DNA of 63,807 nucleotides, the filler included, from Calcarisporiella thermophila CBS 279.70 (lineage: Eukaryota; Fungi; Calcarisporiellomycota), in the NCBI RefSeq assembly GCF_041956535.1. It is 5 parts of 4 records of this genome, joined end to end, with 100 filler letters (N's around TTAATTAATTAA, not from the genome) between each part and the next. Parts side by side here need not be neighbours in the genome. Positions count along the whole stretch, not along the records: positions 28,681 to 51,539 come from NW_027192203.1; positions 51,640 to 59,183 come from NW_027192211.1; positions 59,284 to 61,389 come from NW_027192301.1; positions 61,490 to 63,807 come from NW_027192200.1; 1 more part is not named here. The stretch is one strand, 5' to 3'. The notes below the pieces were generated by a model. The model was given only the letters and a program-made list of their open reading frames with translations. It did not search any database and was not told the origin of the DNA. How positions within the stretch are numbered: position 1 is the stretch's first letter; every line of letters starts with the position of its first letter. Below are positions 50,724 to 62,128 of this stretch, in pieces. A program made the translations under genes and the position numbers.

Positions 50724-51077
50724 TTATTTATATTTGCAATTGGCATTACTACATTTGAATTGATCTGCCTGTTCGCAACGGGCACTATAGTACCAGAAAT
50801 TTCCAAGTCCGGCTCTCTCCGTATCAGCCCAGCCTTGGTCGTCTACACAAACTTCACATGTACCAGCCTTGCACCCATAAGTAGTGAATAAGAAGCACAC
50901 TGTTCCCGGATCTGATTTTATCGATTTTCCTATCCAGCTCGTCTCATAATCTTGACAATGGTTTCCTTCTTTTCTCCATGGCTCACCACGGAAGTTAGTA
51001 TCTTGATAAGATGTATAACCAGCGTTCACAACAAATATTAGGGTCGAAAGCACTGATGAAAACGTAAAATGCTTCAT
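50724..51077 (-). CDS. Secreted beta/gamma-crystallin-like Cys-rich protein
   Basis: Signal peptide; Greek-key signatures YQDTNFRG..SIK..PG..C.LF....C..SARC; 8 Cys. Confidence 0.7.
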   Translation of the reverse strand: MKHFTFSSVLSTLIFVVNAGYTSYQDTNFRGEPWRKEGNHCQDYETSWIGKSIKSDPGTVCFLFTTYGCKAGTCEVCVDDQGWADTERAGLGNFWYYSARCEQADQFKCSNANCKYK

Positions 51078-51957
51078 ATTGAGTTTGGATGCTGTAAATA
51101 TTGCCAGGTGAATCGCCTACTTTATATATTTCAAAAGCATATGGCAGCTGCAAGTGACTCATTCGACTTGATAAATCAGAAGATTAATTTCGTTGAAAAA
51201 ATTCTTACCTAAGGGTTTCATTTGCAACATTGAATCAAATGCGAGGCAAAATTAATGCTTCCATTTTAAGTGCTATAGGTTGAAAATAGTTTTTAGATCT
51301 AGAGCAATTTTCTCAGTCAAATTTGAAATCGGAAAATATATTGAAGTACAAAATCAGCCGATCATCTTGCGCATTTTTACCATTCAATTCATTTAATATA
51401 AGAGTAAGAGGATACCGGTAATAGACTGCGGACTTTGTCAGCAGTCCACGCTTCAGGATGATGAGGCCGATTTATTGGATAAAATGAGCTGGTACAAAGA
51501 ATAAAGAAAACGTAAACAAAAAAAAAAATCGTACGATCANNNNNNNNNNNNNNNNNNNNNNNNNNNNNNNNNNNNNNNNNNNNTTAATTAATTAANNNNN
51601 NNNNNNNNNNNNNNNNNNNNNNNNNNNNNNNNNNNNNNNAGGGGAGGCATCTTTATCCGCAATAACTTGCTTAGTTAACTTGTTTTTTTTTTTGGCCCAG
51701 AAAAAGCGGCAGTTATTCTGGGCCAAAAAAGTCAATACAATTCCCACGCATCCGGTCGAACTCGTTCACTGTTTGGTATAACCGCGATAATGGTTTAAGG
51801 GTTTGTAAAGGAAAAAGTGGATCTAACAAATGAATTCTTCAAAACATTGGACAGGTTTCATAAGCGTAATCTCAATTTCTGTGGTTGGCTCAATTGAGCA
51901 TAAATACCTGGGATCGATTCAAATTAAACCATTGAAAAGTGGCTATCGAATATTGCC

Positions 51958-52530
51958 ATGCGATTCTCTCTCTTCATCACTGCTCTTACTTTTTCTTCCT
52001 TGGCATTAGCCCTGACAACAGGGCAACCTTGCACACCTACTTCTGGACCTTGTAAAACGACATTTTTTAACTTCAATGCAGATTTCAATTCAAACTCGAA
52101 CGCGAACTTTGGTATTCTAGAAGCAATTTCTGGTGCTCTCTCAGGAGCTACTCCGGGAATAGGCTCATTGCTTTTCCCATTTCCAGTAAGAAATTTTTGA
52201 AAGAGCTACCCAAAGGAAGATTTCGAGGGTGTGCTCAAAGAGAGAATCATGAAAATGTTTCAGGCGTTCAATAGGACTTATTCGAAAGTCGATCCAGAAA
52301 AAAAAAACTCTAGGAAAATATCTGAAAGTAGTTTAGAAGAAAACCCAGTAAGTTCTCCGAGTGAAAGTTCAGAAAGTATTACGAGAGAGAATCCTGGAGA
52401 GATTTAAAGAAATATTTCAGTCGCATATGTAGAAATCCAATTATAATCTCGATTAACATTGCAAGTGCCGGTGCTAGCATACTTATCCAAGCATCAAACA
52501 TTGATTCGATATTGTCAAAGCCTATATAGT
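51958..52530 (+). pseudogene. Degenerate or truncated paralog of the Gly/Pro-rich secreted protein at 54217
   Basis: Similar signal peptide and FNA..N.N..IL.AI.G.LS...PG segment. The ORF stops at 52200 and is followed by decayed GAGAGAATCCTGGAG-like repeat relics. Confidence 0.5.
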
Positions 52531-54216
52531 CCTAACTGAATTAGAAAACTAGATCCTACATAATGCGATTTATCATGATAAGTTCTACAATCTCACTTTA
52601 ACTGTAAAATAAATTGGCCGATTTGTTTTATATTATTATCTAGCAATACGTTGTTATGAAATAAAGACATCTTTTATACTAGTATAATGCACCCATTCTT
52701 TTCATAAAATATAAACGGTTGATAATAAAAATAAAAAACTATCAGAATGACACCTAATAAATATAAACCATTTGTGCAAATTATTCGACCATGGTGTTGT
52801 TCAGAAATACTAAACTATGGCGCTGCAATTGTTACCATGATGCTCCATTTGTGTAGTAACCGCAATAATAAAATTTGCTAAGAGTTTACTCGTTAGTTAT
52901 TTTGGATTAGTTTGATTCTGCATCTTGTTGACTTTTTAATCAATTGGAGGGGTAGTACAGCCCACTCCAATATTCGAAATTTCTTGTTTAAAGGAGGTGG
53001 ATTCAGCTCTTTCCAGAATCCAAGTCTGTGAAAATTGCGAGCGAAACCTCATTAAAAAATTTTGATGCTTAACCAGTGTGAGCAATCGTATTCATATCCT
53101 TACTGTCCACAGAGAGTAGACAAGTAGGCCAAGACCGGGTTTCTTTTTTTGGATAGGCTTAGACAAACTAGTGAGTGCATACCCGGCAATTCACTTAAAG
53201 ATGAGTTAGACTGGTAGGCAACTCAAATTCTCAAATATGACAAAAGAGTGTGCTTACAAATCAGATCTTTGTAAATACTCTCGCGAAATATCTGGAGCAT
53301 ATGATTATATGATGTCCCAGCACTTTAATGGGTGTTTTATCGCTGTACCAGTGTAAAGAACCTATAGTTCAAAATCACCGCTTTATTTATTCTGAATGGG
53401 CAGATAGGGACACATAGTGCATTGGGTTTGTTTGCAGCAAGTTAACAGTAAAAGAGGGAGACCAGATTTTTTATGCTTCACCATATCTTTAGTTTGATTG
53501 CACTCTTTTGGGTTTTGATAGCATTGCATTGAGCATAGAGGAGAGAATTTCACTCATTCTTTTATATCTATGAGTATTTGGAGAAAGCGAAGAAATTAAA
53601 TAAATGCATACATAGTCTCTATATAAATCCATTTCATTTAAACAAGCCTCGGAGTGAATTGTACCATAACTCTAAAAACATGAATCTCATGTAGCAGAAT
53701 TACAGTAGGTAAATTTAGAGGTTAAAATTTAAAGGATTACCCCGGAAACGTGTAATTATTAGCACACAAAAGATTATATAATAAAGCATCGATCCACCAC
53801 TCAACGATGCTAATTAAGATCGACCCTAGAATTCCATTGATCCAACTTTCTACTTATTTGTGTTACCACCACCCATAATGGCTGGCCTAGCTAACTACTT
53901 TCGTGATCAAATTATCCCAGGATGGAAATTTTATAATCTGACCGTCAAAATGATATGCCTTAGCCTAAACGAGAAATGAAATGTTTTTCTAAACCAGTTA
54001 GTATTGCTATTTGTGATAGCTATAGCCCAAGGAGATCAACTACAATGGGTGTAGAAAGTGGAATTACATGCTACAAATTTAATGATTAGTGACATATTGG
54101 CCATGTTTCAACGAATTCGTAGAGAGCAAACTATTATAAAAACCGCGATAGACTTCCACTACTGTTTCTGCCTTAACATAGTTACTCCTATTGATAATAT
54201 CATATTTTGCGACACA

Positions 54217-54888
54217 ATGCGACCTTTTTTCATCCTTGCTGCCATTGCCTTGTCTTCTTTGACTTTGGCTCAGCCTGTAGAAAGGACAGGTGTATCGGGC
54301 ATCACCCCTGTCACTGGTTTTAATGCAAACCAAAATGCAAACCCTGATATGCTACGGATAATTTCCGATATTCTCTCGCGAGCAGGAACAAATTCAGGAG
54401 CGATTTCGGAAATTCTCAAGGCAATCATGGGAGTTCTCTCTAATGGTATTCCCGGAAATGCTCCAGGAGGAAACCCAGAGAGTGGACCAGGAGGAAACCC
54501 AGAGAGTGGACCAGGAGGAAACCCAGAGAGTGGACCAGGAGGAAACCCAGAAAGTGGACCAGGGGGTAATCCAGGAGAGAGTCCTGAAGATATTCCAGGA
54601 CGTATGCCAGGAGGAGGCCCTGGAGGTGTTCCTGGGGGAATTCCAGGACGTATGCCAGGAGGAGGCCCTGGAGGTGTTCCTGGGGGAATTCCAGGACGTA
54701 TGCCAGGAGGAGGCCCTGGAGGTGTTCCTGGAGGAATTCCAGGGCGAATGCCAGGAGGAGATCCTGGAGGTATCCCTGGAGGAATTCCGGGACGTATGCC
54801 AGGAGGAGGCCCTGGAGGTGCTCCTGGAGAAATTCCAGGACGCAAGCCTGGGGGAGGTCCAGAAAAAATTCCAGGGGGTGCCCCGTGA
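54217..54888 (+). CDS. Secreted Gly/Pro-rich repeat protein
   Basis: Signal peptide [18 protein letters not shown]; repeats GGNPESGP x4 and [16 protein letters not shown] x5-6. Confidence 0.8.
   Translation: MRPFFILAAIALSSLTLAQPVERTGVSGITPVTGFNANQNANPDMLRIISDILSRAGTNSGAISEILKAIMGVLSNGIPGNAPGGNPESGPGGNPESGPGGNPESGPGGNPESGPGGNPGESPEDIPGRMPGGGPGGVPGGIPGRMPGGGPGGVPGGIPGRMPGGGPGGVPGGIPGRMPGGDPGGIPGGIPGRMPGGGPGGAPGEIPGRKPGGGPEKIPGGAP
54462..54880 (+). repeat. Coding tandem repeats (24-bp and 48-bp units)
   Basis: CCAGGAGGAAACCCAGAGAGTGGA x4, then 48-bp units containing ATTCCAGGACGTATGCCAGGAGGAGGCCCTGGAGGT. Confidence 0.9.
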
Positions 54889-57399
54889 TCAGCTCTAGTC
54901 TTCAGTTGATATGGTGGGATATCATAAAACTATTTATTGAATTTTTATATTGGATTATTGAATATTATTAGCTAGAATAGTGTATCTGTGAAATACATTA
55001 CCAATGTTTTAGTATTGCAAGCTCCTGATGTTTCCCAGCATATCTGCAGTTGAGTAGATCATTTTTCTAAGCCCAAGAAAAAATCTTGAAATGACTGTCT
55101 ATATAAAATAAATTGAAAGAGTTATGCATCAATCACTCTAATTAATTAATGAGATATTTACTATAAAATATCATATAAAACAAAGTCTGGAGGAAAATGC
55201 AGTCATAAGTTCCATGTTTCATGGTGATGTCTTATTGGTCAAATCGAGCCACTGGCTGAGTTTAATAACTTGAAAACTAAGGAAATTTTAAGAAATCATA
55301 TAATAACAAATGGTAAGCTAAAACCAACTTAATCACCCCTCATGCTCAAAGGTAGAATGATATCACTTCTTGGCCATACAAATATCTATAAGTGCGCCTT
55401 GAACCAAAAGATGACTCCCGTTCGGAAAATAACTTACCCTCCTCATCATACGAATAAAGCTCAGTGATGTTACCACAAATGCGAGTGAGCACCCAATTTG
55501 ATTAAGGCATATACTTGCTGGATTTATAAAATCCAGCCTGAAAGCGATAAGTAATAATCTACTTACTAGATTGAATATATGAGCCGTATGAATTAATAGC
55601 TCTTTTCTCTGTAAAGCAATCCAGTCGGACGTGATATCAGGATCGACGATATCTAGGCGAAAATAAATGCCGCTTAAATGATGGAGGGTTCTGTCACCTT
55701 TAGAGTTAATGACAGCCTGGAATCCATACGAAAACGATTATGATATGATATGAAACTGCATTGATCTCTTTTAAAACATGTGCAAAAATCATCCATCGTT
55801 TATATACGGTTAATATAATGCGTGATATCATTAGAGTAAAGCAGGGAAATAAATACTCCAATAATTTATATCGCAATTAATAAAACATATATATCAAGTC
55901 GAGAAATTTCTTGTCAGTCTCTCATCTTATTTGGAATTTCGATAATATCGGTTTGGTAGAGTAATAGCTCATGATTTGAATATGATTATCTTGTCATGTT
56001 TTTTACTAATTAAATCATCATGAGTTTTTGCACAACATAGTTTCTATCTTTATTGTATTTGTAGTTAAATAATTTATCAGTGTTTAGCTTACTTTTAGCA
56101 ATTAATATTGTATATTTGTCAAAACGTAAAATCAAATGCATATGATATAAATTATTTATTTTTTCAGAGAAAAAAGTAAAATTTAAAATATATTATCGTA
56201 ACTTGTGCGGTTGAAGTTTTAATTTTAAAAAACATAGTTGCACCAACAATATTATTGATCGCTTACGAGAAGCAATGCTCCCCCAGTATTTAATAAACTA
56301 TCTTGTAAACTTTTTGATATTTTTTGGTGTACAACTAAGCGATTCCATCTACTATGATTTTCGATAACCTCGTATCACCCAGTTCATTTCTTGATTATAT
56401 TTATGTGCATTTAATAGCCCTTGGCGGTTTTTCGAAGACGTTAATTTGACTTCATATTGGCTAAATGCTTCTCAGTGCTCACAAAATATTATGTGTAAAC
56501 TTTTAGGATGTTCCTATTTACCTATGCAAAATTCGAGACCACAAATTATAATGATGTAATCCATTAATATAAATTTAAAATATAAGGGTGATTTATTATT
56601 ATATCATACCATTAAATATATAATATATCATTCTCATTGTTGTAAGGTATTACGTATTTCTACTTACTGATTTTTTAAAAATATAATATTCTCAGCATCC
56701 TAATAGGCTTTAAGTTTGTACTGTAGAGATTATAATTTTAATCTAATTACAAATCTTCACTATCATTTATTTTTAATATATTCATTTCTTTAATATGGTA
56801 AACGGTTATGAAACAAAATGATACATGGCAAGCATCCAAACTCAGATAAATACAAAGAAAGTTAGCAATAGTAGAGTCATAATAATGAAAGGATAATTAA
56901 ATTGAAGGCCTTTGAAAGTGTTAGTGTTAAGAAAGGATTCTCAGATGCTGGTACTTGATTTGTAATATATTAACTTAATTTTTATACCGCTTGAGGAAGA
57001 TAATCTTAGTAGTTGCTTTGCTAAGATAAATTACGCCGACTTCTTAACTTATGACTTTCACTTATGCTCTTTAAGCATAAACGCCTATCAATTTCATTGC
57101 ACTTTTAAATATAGTTGCCAATTAGATGATACAAATTAAAATTCAATTTGGAATTCACCATAGAAAAACTGTTGTTCGATAATACAACATTAGAATGATA
57201 AAGGGAAGATACTTGGTTTTTGTGATATCTTTGTAGAACGTTTCATCCATTCCATCTCCTTGAAGAATTCTTATAAAGTCCTCATATTTCACATTGTTCA
57301 AATAAATATCAACAAAATACTTTTAATAATCACTCTACATTACTTGCTCGTTTTTGATCTCTCTGAGTTATATTCAGTGATAAAAAATATTATTGTACA

Positions 57400-58255
57400 A
57401 TGACTAAACTACTTTCTATCATTGCAACTACTCTTGTCATTTTGCAAGGAGCTATTGCTTTTTCAGAAACAGAGAAACAGGTATTATTTTTACCATCATA
57501 TATTTCAATCTATCTTCACACTTACCATTTTCATTTTTGTTTTTAGTTAATCTTGGATTTCCATAATAAATTCAGAGCTCGCCACTCGGCTCCTGCACTC
57601 AAGTGGAGCGACAAAGCTGAAAAACAGGCTCAATCTTGGGCTAGTAAATGCCAGATGCAACCTTCTCGAGCACCTGGATATGGAGAGAACCTTGCGTAAG
57701 AAGTTTTGCACTGAAATTGCAGTTTATTTATTTAATAAAAATTGCAATAGTTGGGGATATCGGTCATGGAAAGACACGATAGAAGGGTGGTATAAGCAAG
57801 AGGCCAAGTATAACTATTCGAAAGGGGAATTCAGCACCGAAACAGGTATGAATAGAAAAATATTAATAAATTCTCATGTTTGATTTGCTATATTGAGTAA
57901 TATTAGGTTGCTTCACACAAGTTGTGTGGAAGAGCACCTCTCAGATAGGTTGTGCAGTATCGACTTGCACATCACTTTCAATTAGACCTATGTACGTTTG
58001 CAACTATATCGAGCCCGGTAAGCTAATGTCAATGCTCTACAAAATTTATTCTCGTATAAATGGAGGGAAATTTTAAATATTGAATTTTTTTTTTGGGGGG
58101 GGGGGGGTTAAATAGGAAATGTTATTGGTCGATTCAAGGAGAACGTTCTGCCACCTAAACGCAATCTAACTGAAGAGATTACTGATAATGAGATCTTGTT
58201 GGATCGCGAGAAGGGTCAAGTTCAAATCCTGGGAATCGAACAAAAGCAAGAATAA
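57400..58255 (+). CDS. Secreted CAP/SCP/PR-1 (Pry-like) protein; 5 exons
   Basis: Signal peptide; HNKFRARHSAPALKWS, YGENLA|WG, WYKQ...Y.Y, GCFTQVVWKST..IGCA, VCNY..|GN. Confidence 0.92.
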
Positions 58256-58689
58256 GAACAGGAACAAATCTTAGTACTGATGAAATTTTACTGTAATAAA
58301 AATATTCAACCATACACTCTCTTCTTGTTTAAATAACATATTATTATTCTTATTATTGTCTCCCCTTCACAAATTCAGACTATACCCTTTAGTTCTCATT
58401 CCCAAAGGTCTCTCTCTAGCTGGATTATGGATGCTTTTTTGGAGCTCAAACTGCGCCTCATATATATTAATCAATTCAATTTGTATATAATCGTAAAGTA
58501 TGCGGCGGTTTACCAAAATGGTCTAGGCAAAGTCAGCAGACCTCACTATATCTCTCGTCTCAAATACTTTTGTTGCAATTATTTCACCTACTAAGCGCCA
58601 GTTTCAAGGTAGTTATTCAGTTCTCTTCGGCTGTATTTACTCGGGATTCTTTATGGAAAACATCATAATACTATTCGTTTATTCTTATT

Positions 58690-59183
58690 CATCTAGAAAC
58701 TATCAAGCCTTAAAAAAGTTTCCTCTACAATATCCTTTACAAGTTCTGGTTTTGGAGTCTTAAATTTAGATTCGTCTTGAAACAACTGGAGTCTTTCCGC
58801 GCTTTGTCTCATTTGCTCCTTGGCACTCGCGAATGCCGGATGAAACCTCAGTGGTGATTCAAATGAGCCTTTGAAATAAGCACATGCTCTATCGAAGAGC
58901 TGACAGAGTTCTTTACCGAATCGGAAGCCAGAAATATGCCTCCATATGGCTCCGAGTGCGAGAGTAGCCAAGTGAGGTTTTGCAAAAAAGGCGAGTGCGA
59001 GGATGCCGACCCAATGGCTTTAGCTTTTGGTTTTTTATACGATTTTTATAAAACTATGAAGTTCCAAACCCGCGAAAATGGGGGTCGAGCCAAGTTTATT
59101 TGTAAGAATGGTATAAGCCTGTCAATGAAATTCGATTTTGCGACCTATCCTTTCGATAATAAAAAGGCGACCCGAGGTACCAG
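58690..59183 (-). mobile_element. Possible degenerate LINE ORF2 C-terminal fragment
   Basis: ALGAIWR...F motif near an ORF end, upstream frame broken, abuts a gap; weak evidence. Confidence 0.3.
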
Positions 59184-59342
59184 NNNNNNNNNNNNNNNNN
59201 NNNNNNNNNNNNNNNNNNNNNNNNNNNTTAATTAATTAANNNNNNNNNNNNNNNNNNNNNNNNNNNNNNNNNNNNNNNNNNNNATGCCGGAGATATAGAA
59301 CCTTCCAGAAAAATCCTGATCAACTCTTGTTTCGTTACAATA

Positions 59343-59805
59343 CCCATGTTTAAAAAAGAAAAACTATAATGCTGGGAGGTTAAAGTTGGAAAAAGTGTTG
59401 CAATGTCCTTTACAGATATGCCACTTATATAGACAATTTTCACAAATTGCGTATTGCACTCTTTTTTACTAATATTTTGTGTGTCCTCCTTTTGCATTAT
59501 ATACAGCACGCACTCGCTCCGGCATGCTTGCATAGAGCTTGCTGACAAATTCTACGTCTATGCTCTCCCACTCTTTCTCAATACGTTCCCACAGTTCGTC
59601 CTTGTTCTTCGGAAGTCGTTGATAATAGCTTAGCCTTCTTTTCAGTTCGCTCCACATATGCTCCATTATATTGAGATCAGGAGACTGCGAAGGCCATTCT
59701 AGCACATCTATCCTCTTGTTTCGTAAACATTCCCTGGTTACCTTGGACGTATGTTTTGGATCGTTGTCTTGCTGGAATATGACTTGTGATTTCTTTATCC
59801 CGTAA
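59343..59805 (-). mobile_element. Tc1-family (DD34E) transposon 3' part, interrupted by an LTR
   Basis: FQQDNDPKH...WPSQSPDLNIMEH with 34 residues between D and E; GGHTKY stop at 59469; TA|CCC terminus near 59341. Confidence 0.92.
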
Positions 59806-60243
59806 TGTAACAGTTCTGAGACTGTTAATGATTCGGATCCTTAATTAATAATGAATCCAATTCAAGAGAATGAATAATGAATTCAAGCGAACGGTGAGGA
59901 AATAATGAAAACACATCGAGTAGTAAATAAAGATGAATCTCTGGGGAAAAAACCTTAAAAAACTTGTTTTCATGAGCATGTGATCAGTACGTATATACTG
60001 TAAAAGGAAAGCGGTATTAATTGTAAAAGGAGATAGAGGTTTGGTCGTGTTACATTATCCTCCTCCCGTTGAAAGAGCTGACCCAGCGAGTTGGGCTTCG
60101 AAATCTGCAATTGTTTCCTTGCGTTGGTTAGATTTTCTAAGGGTTCCCAAGAAGCGTCGTGGAGCGGATAGCCTAGCAATTTGACAAGATATTGAATCTT
60201 CTTACGGCGAGTGCGTTTGTCCAGAATGGCCTCTACTTCATAT
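59806..60243 (-). mobile_element. Ty3/Gypsy chromovirus 3' end: chromodomain, polypurine tract and 249-bp LTR (59806-60054)
   Basis: YEVEAILDKR....QYLVK..GY....SWEP.ENL chromodomain; PPT GGGAGGAGGATAA; LTR ends TGTAACA...TGTTACA. Confidence 0.9.
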
Positions 60244-62128
60244 CCCTACAAAAAGCCCTCATTAGGATAATTGGCTAAAACTGTTTGGGAAGTTTTTGGA
60301 AAGTTTCCAAAATCTATATGTTTTGGCCCAAAACTGGTGTATGGAACATGGATTCTTGTCAGGTGGCCCAAAAAATAACCAAGACTCAGAGACTTAGCTT
60401 AGGCCTACTGACCAATTTCGGCCGTAACTCTAAACAGATCCCAAATAAAAAGTAATTTACGAGTCTCCAAAACTGATTTAATAATTACACAACTCACAAA
60501 ATTAGCTTAGGTTAGGGGGGTTCACGGTTCTTTTATTGACTTCTAATGTAAAGAAGAGTGATAATCTACAAGGTAAGTAAAGCGGAAAATCGTAAAGGGT
60601 GAAATAAAGATAGGAAATTTCAGAGTAGAAATTGATGTCCGTAAAAGGAAATCGGACAGATCAAGGGGAAATCGGGCAGGTTAAGATGAAATTGATGACG
60701 TCGCATTCGTGTAATTGTGGAGTGGTCGTCATTAGTAGGCTGGTGGGATTCCGCTATAGAGAGAGAAATAAAGTATAAATAGAGAGAAAAAAAAGGAAGG
60801 ATAAGAGTAGATATAACTCTAAATCGAATAAACCAAATATCTAAGGAGCTCAATAATAAGAATAGATGTAGATAAACTGAATATGTCAAATAGCTATATA
60901 TCTCCGTACGAGTGAAATTTCACTGTAGGGGGATAGATAAAATAGGAGAATGAAAGAGGGAGAAGGAAGAGGGAGGGGATGAAAATAAAATAAAATAAAA
61001 TAGTTGTAATATAAATCTAGCAACTCAAATGGCTAGGGAAATCAATAATTCAATAAATAGGAAATAGATGCTGTATAATGGCTATACAGCAGGTATCGGG
61101 AAGTGTAACGGTAAGAGTAATAGTAATAGTTCTCCAAAGAGGGCGGGAAGGGTAAAATTGAGTGGATAATAGCGATAAGTATATATACCGTTACTAGTAA
61201 TGGCAGAATGGGAAGCAGCTAGGGATGAGGGGGTGCGTAAGGTTTCTCGAGTTCTGGAGGGATCGGAGTTCCAAAGATTCCAAATCAAGTAAGTCAAGAA
61301 GAAAAAGATTGATTGATTTATTCTTTACAAAAAATCAAGGACTATTTATGAACTTCAGAAAACATTCTTTACATAATACAAGTTGGCGTNNNNNNNNNNN
61401 NNNNNNNNNNNNNNNNNNNNNNNNNNNNNNNNNTTAATTAATTAANNNNNNNNNNNNNNNNNNNNNNNNNNNNNNNNNNNNNNNNNNNNACTAAGCCGTC
61501 GCATACGCTAGGCTTAGTGCTAAAATATTTTTCTATTATTAAATTTCTTCCATTAAAATGAACACTTTCAATTTCACCGGTGCATCACAATATACAGTAT
61601 ATACAGTATATCATGCTCTATAAAATTGGATAATGAAATTTAAAATATGATTATTTACTGTGATTATCTCCAATATTCTTAACACTGGCATTTTATATCA
61701 GTTTTGTCTTTTATTTTTAAATATAGGGGGTTTTATCAAAAAATCGTTAAATTTCTCGAAATATATCATGCTGCTGTTGAAAGATAGTGAAATCTAATTT
61801 GTATTTTATTTCTTTGAGAGTCTGGAATATGAGGAAGCTTCAATTCTTTTCCAAATGTGATCCTGGAATCAGGGATAATTTTTTTTGTATTGAGATTGCA
61901 GTTGGATTGAAAACTCAGGAGAAGCATCAGTTAAAAAGATTTCAATTTTCAATATAAGTTAAGGAAACTGCATCTTTGTAGCGATGAAGAAATAAAGCCT
62001 CCAACCTAACCGCTATAACTAAGCCGCTATGGGAATTTATTGGGGTGAATATTTTCGCAATACTTATCAGCAACGGGGAACTCTAATAATCAAGTCTAAC
62101 ATAATTCATCTCATCCAAACTTATTGGA

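Noticed and set aside
54270-54898. Antisense (PPGIRPG) and shifted-frame ([12 protein letters not shown]) ORFs
   Set aside because: Shadow frames of the tandem repeat; only the 54217 frame has a signal peptide.
61490-62128. Search for an adjacent HeLo/HELL effector gene
   Set aside because: AT-rich with no plausible ORF. The contig ends at 61490, so absence here is uninformative.
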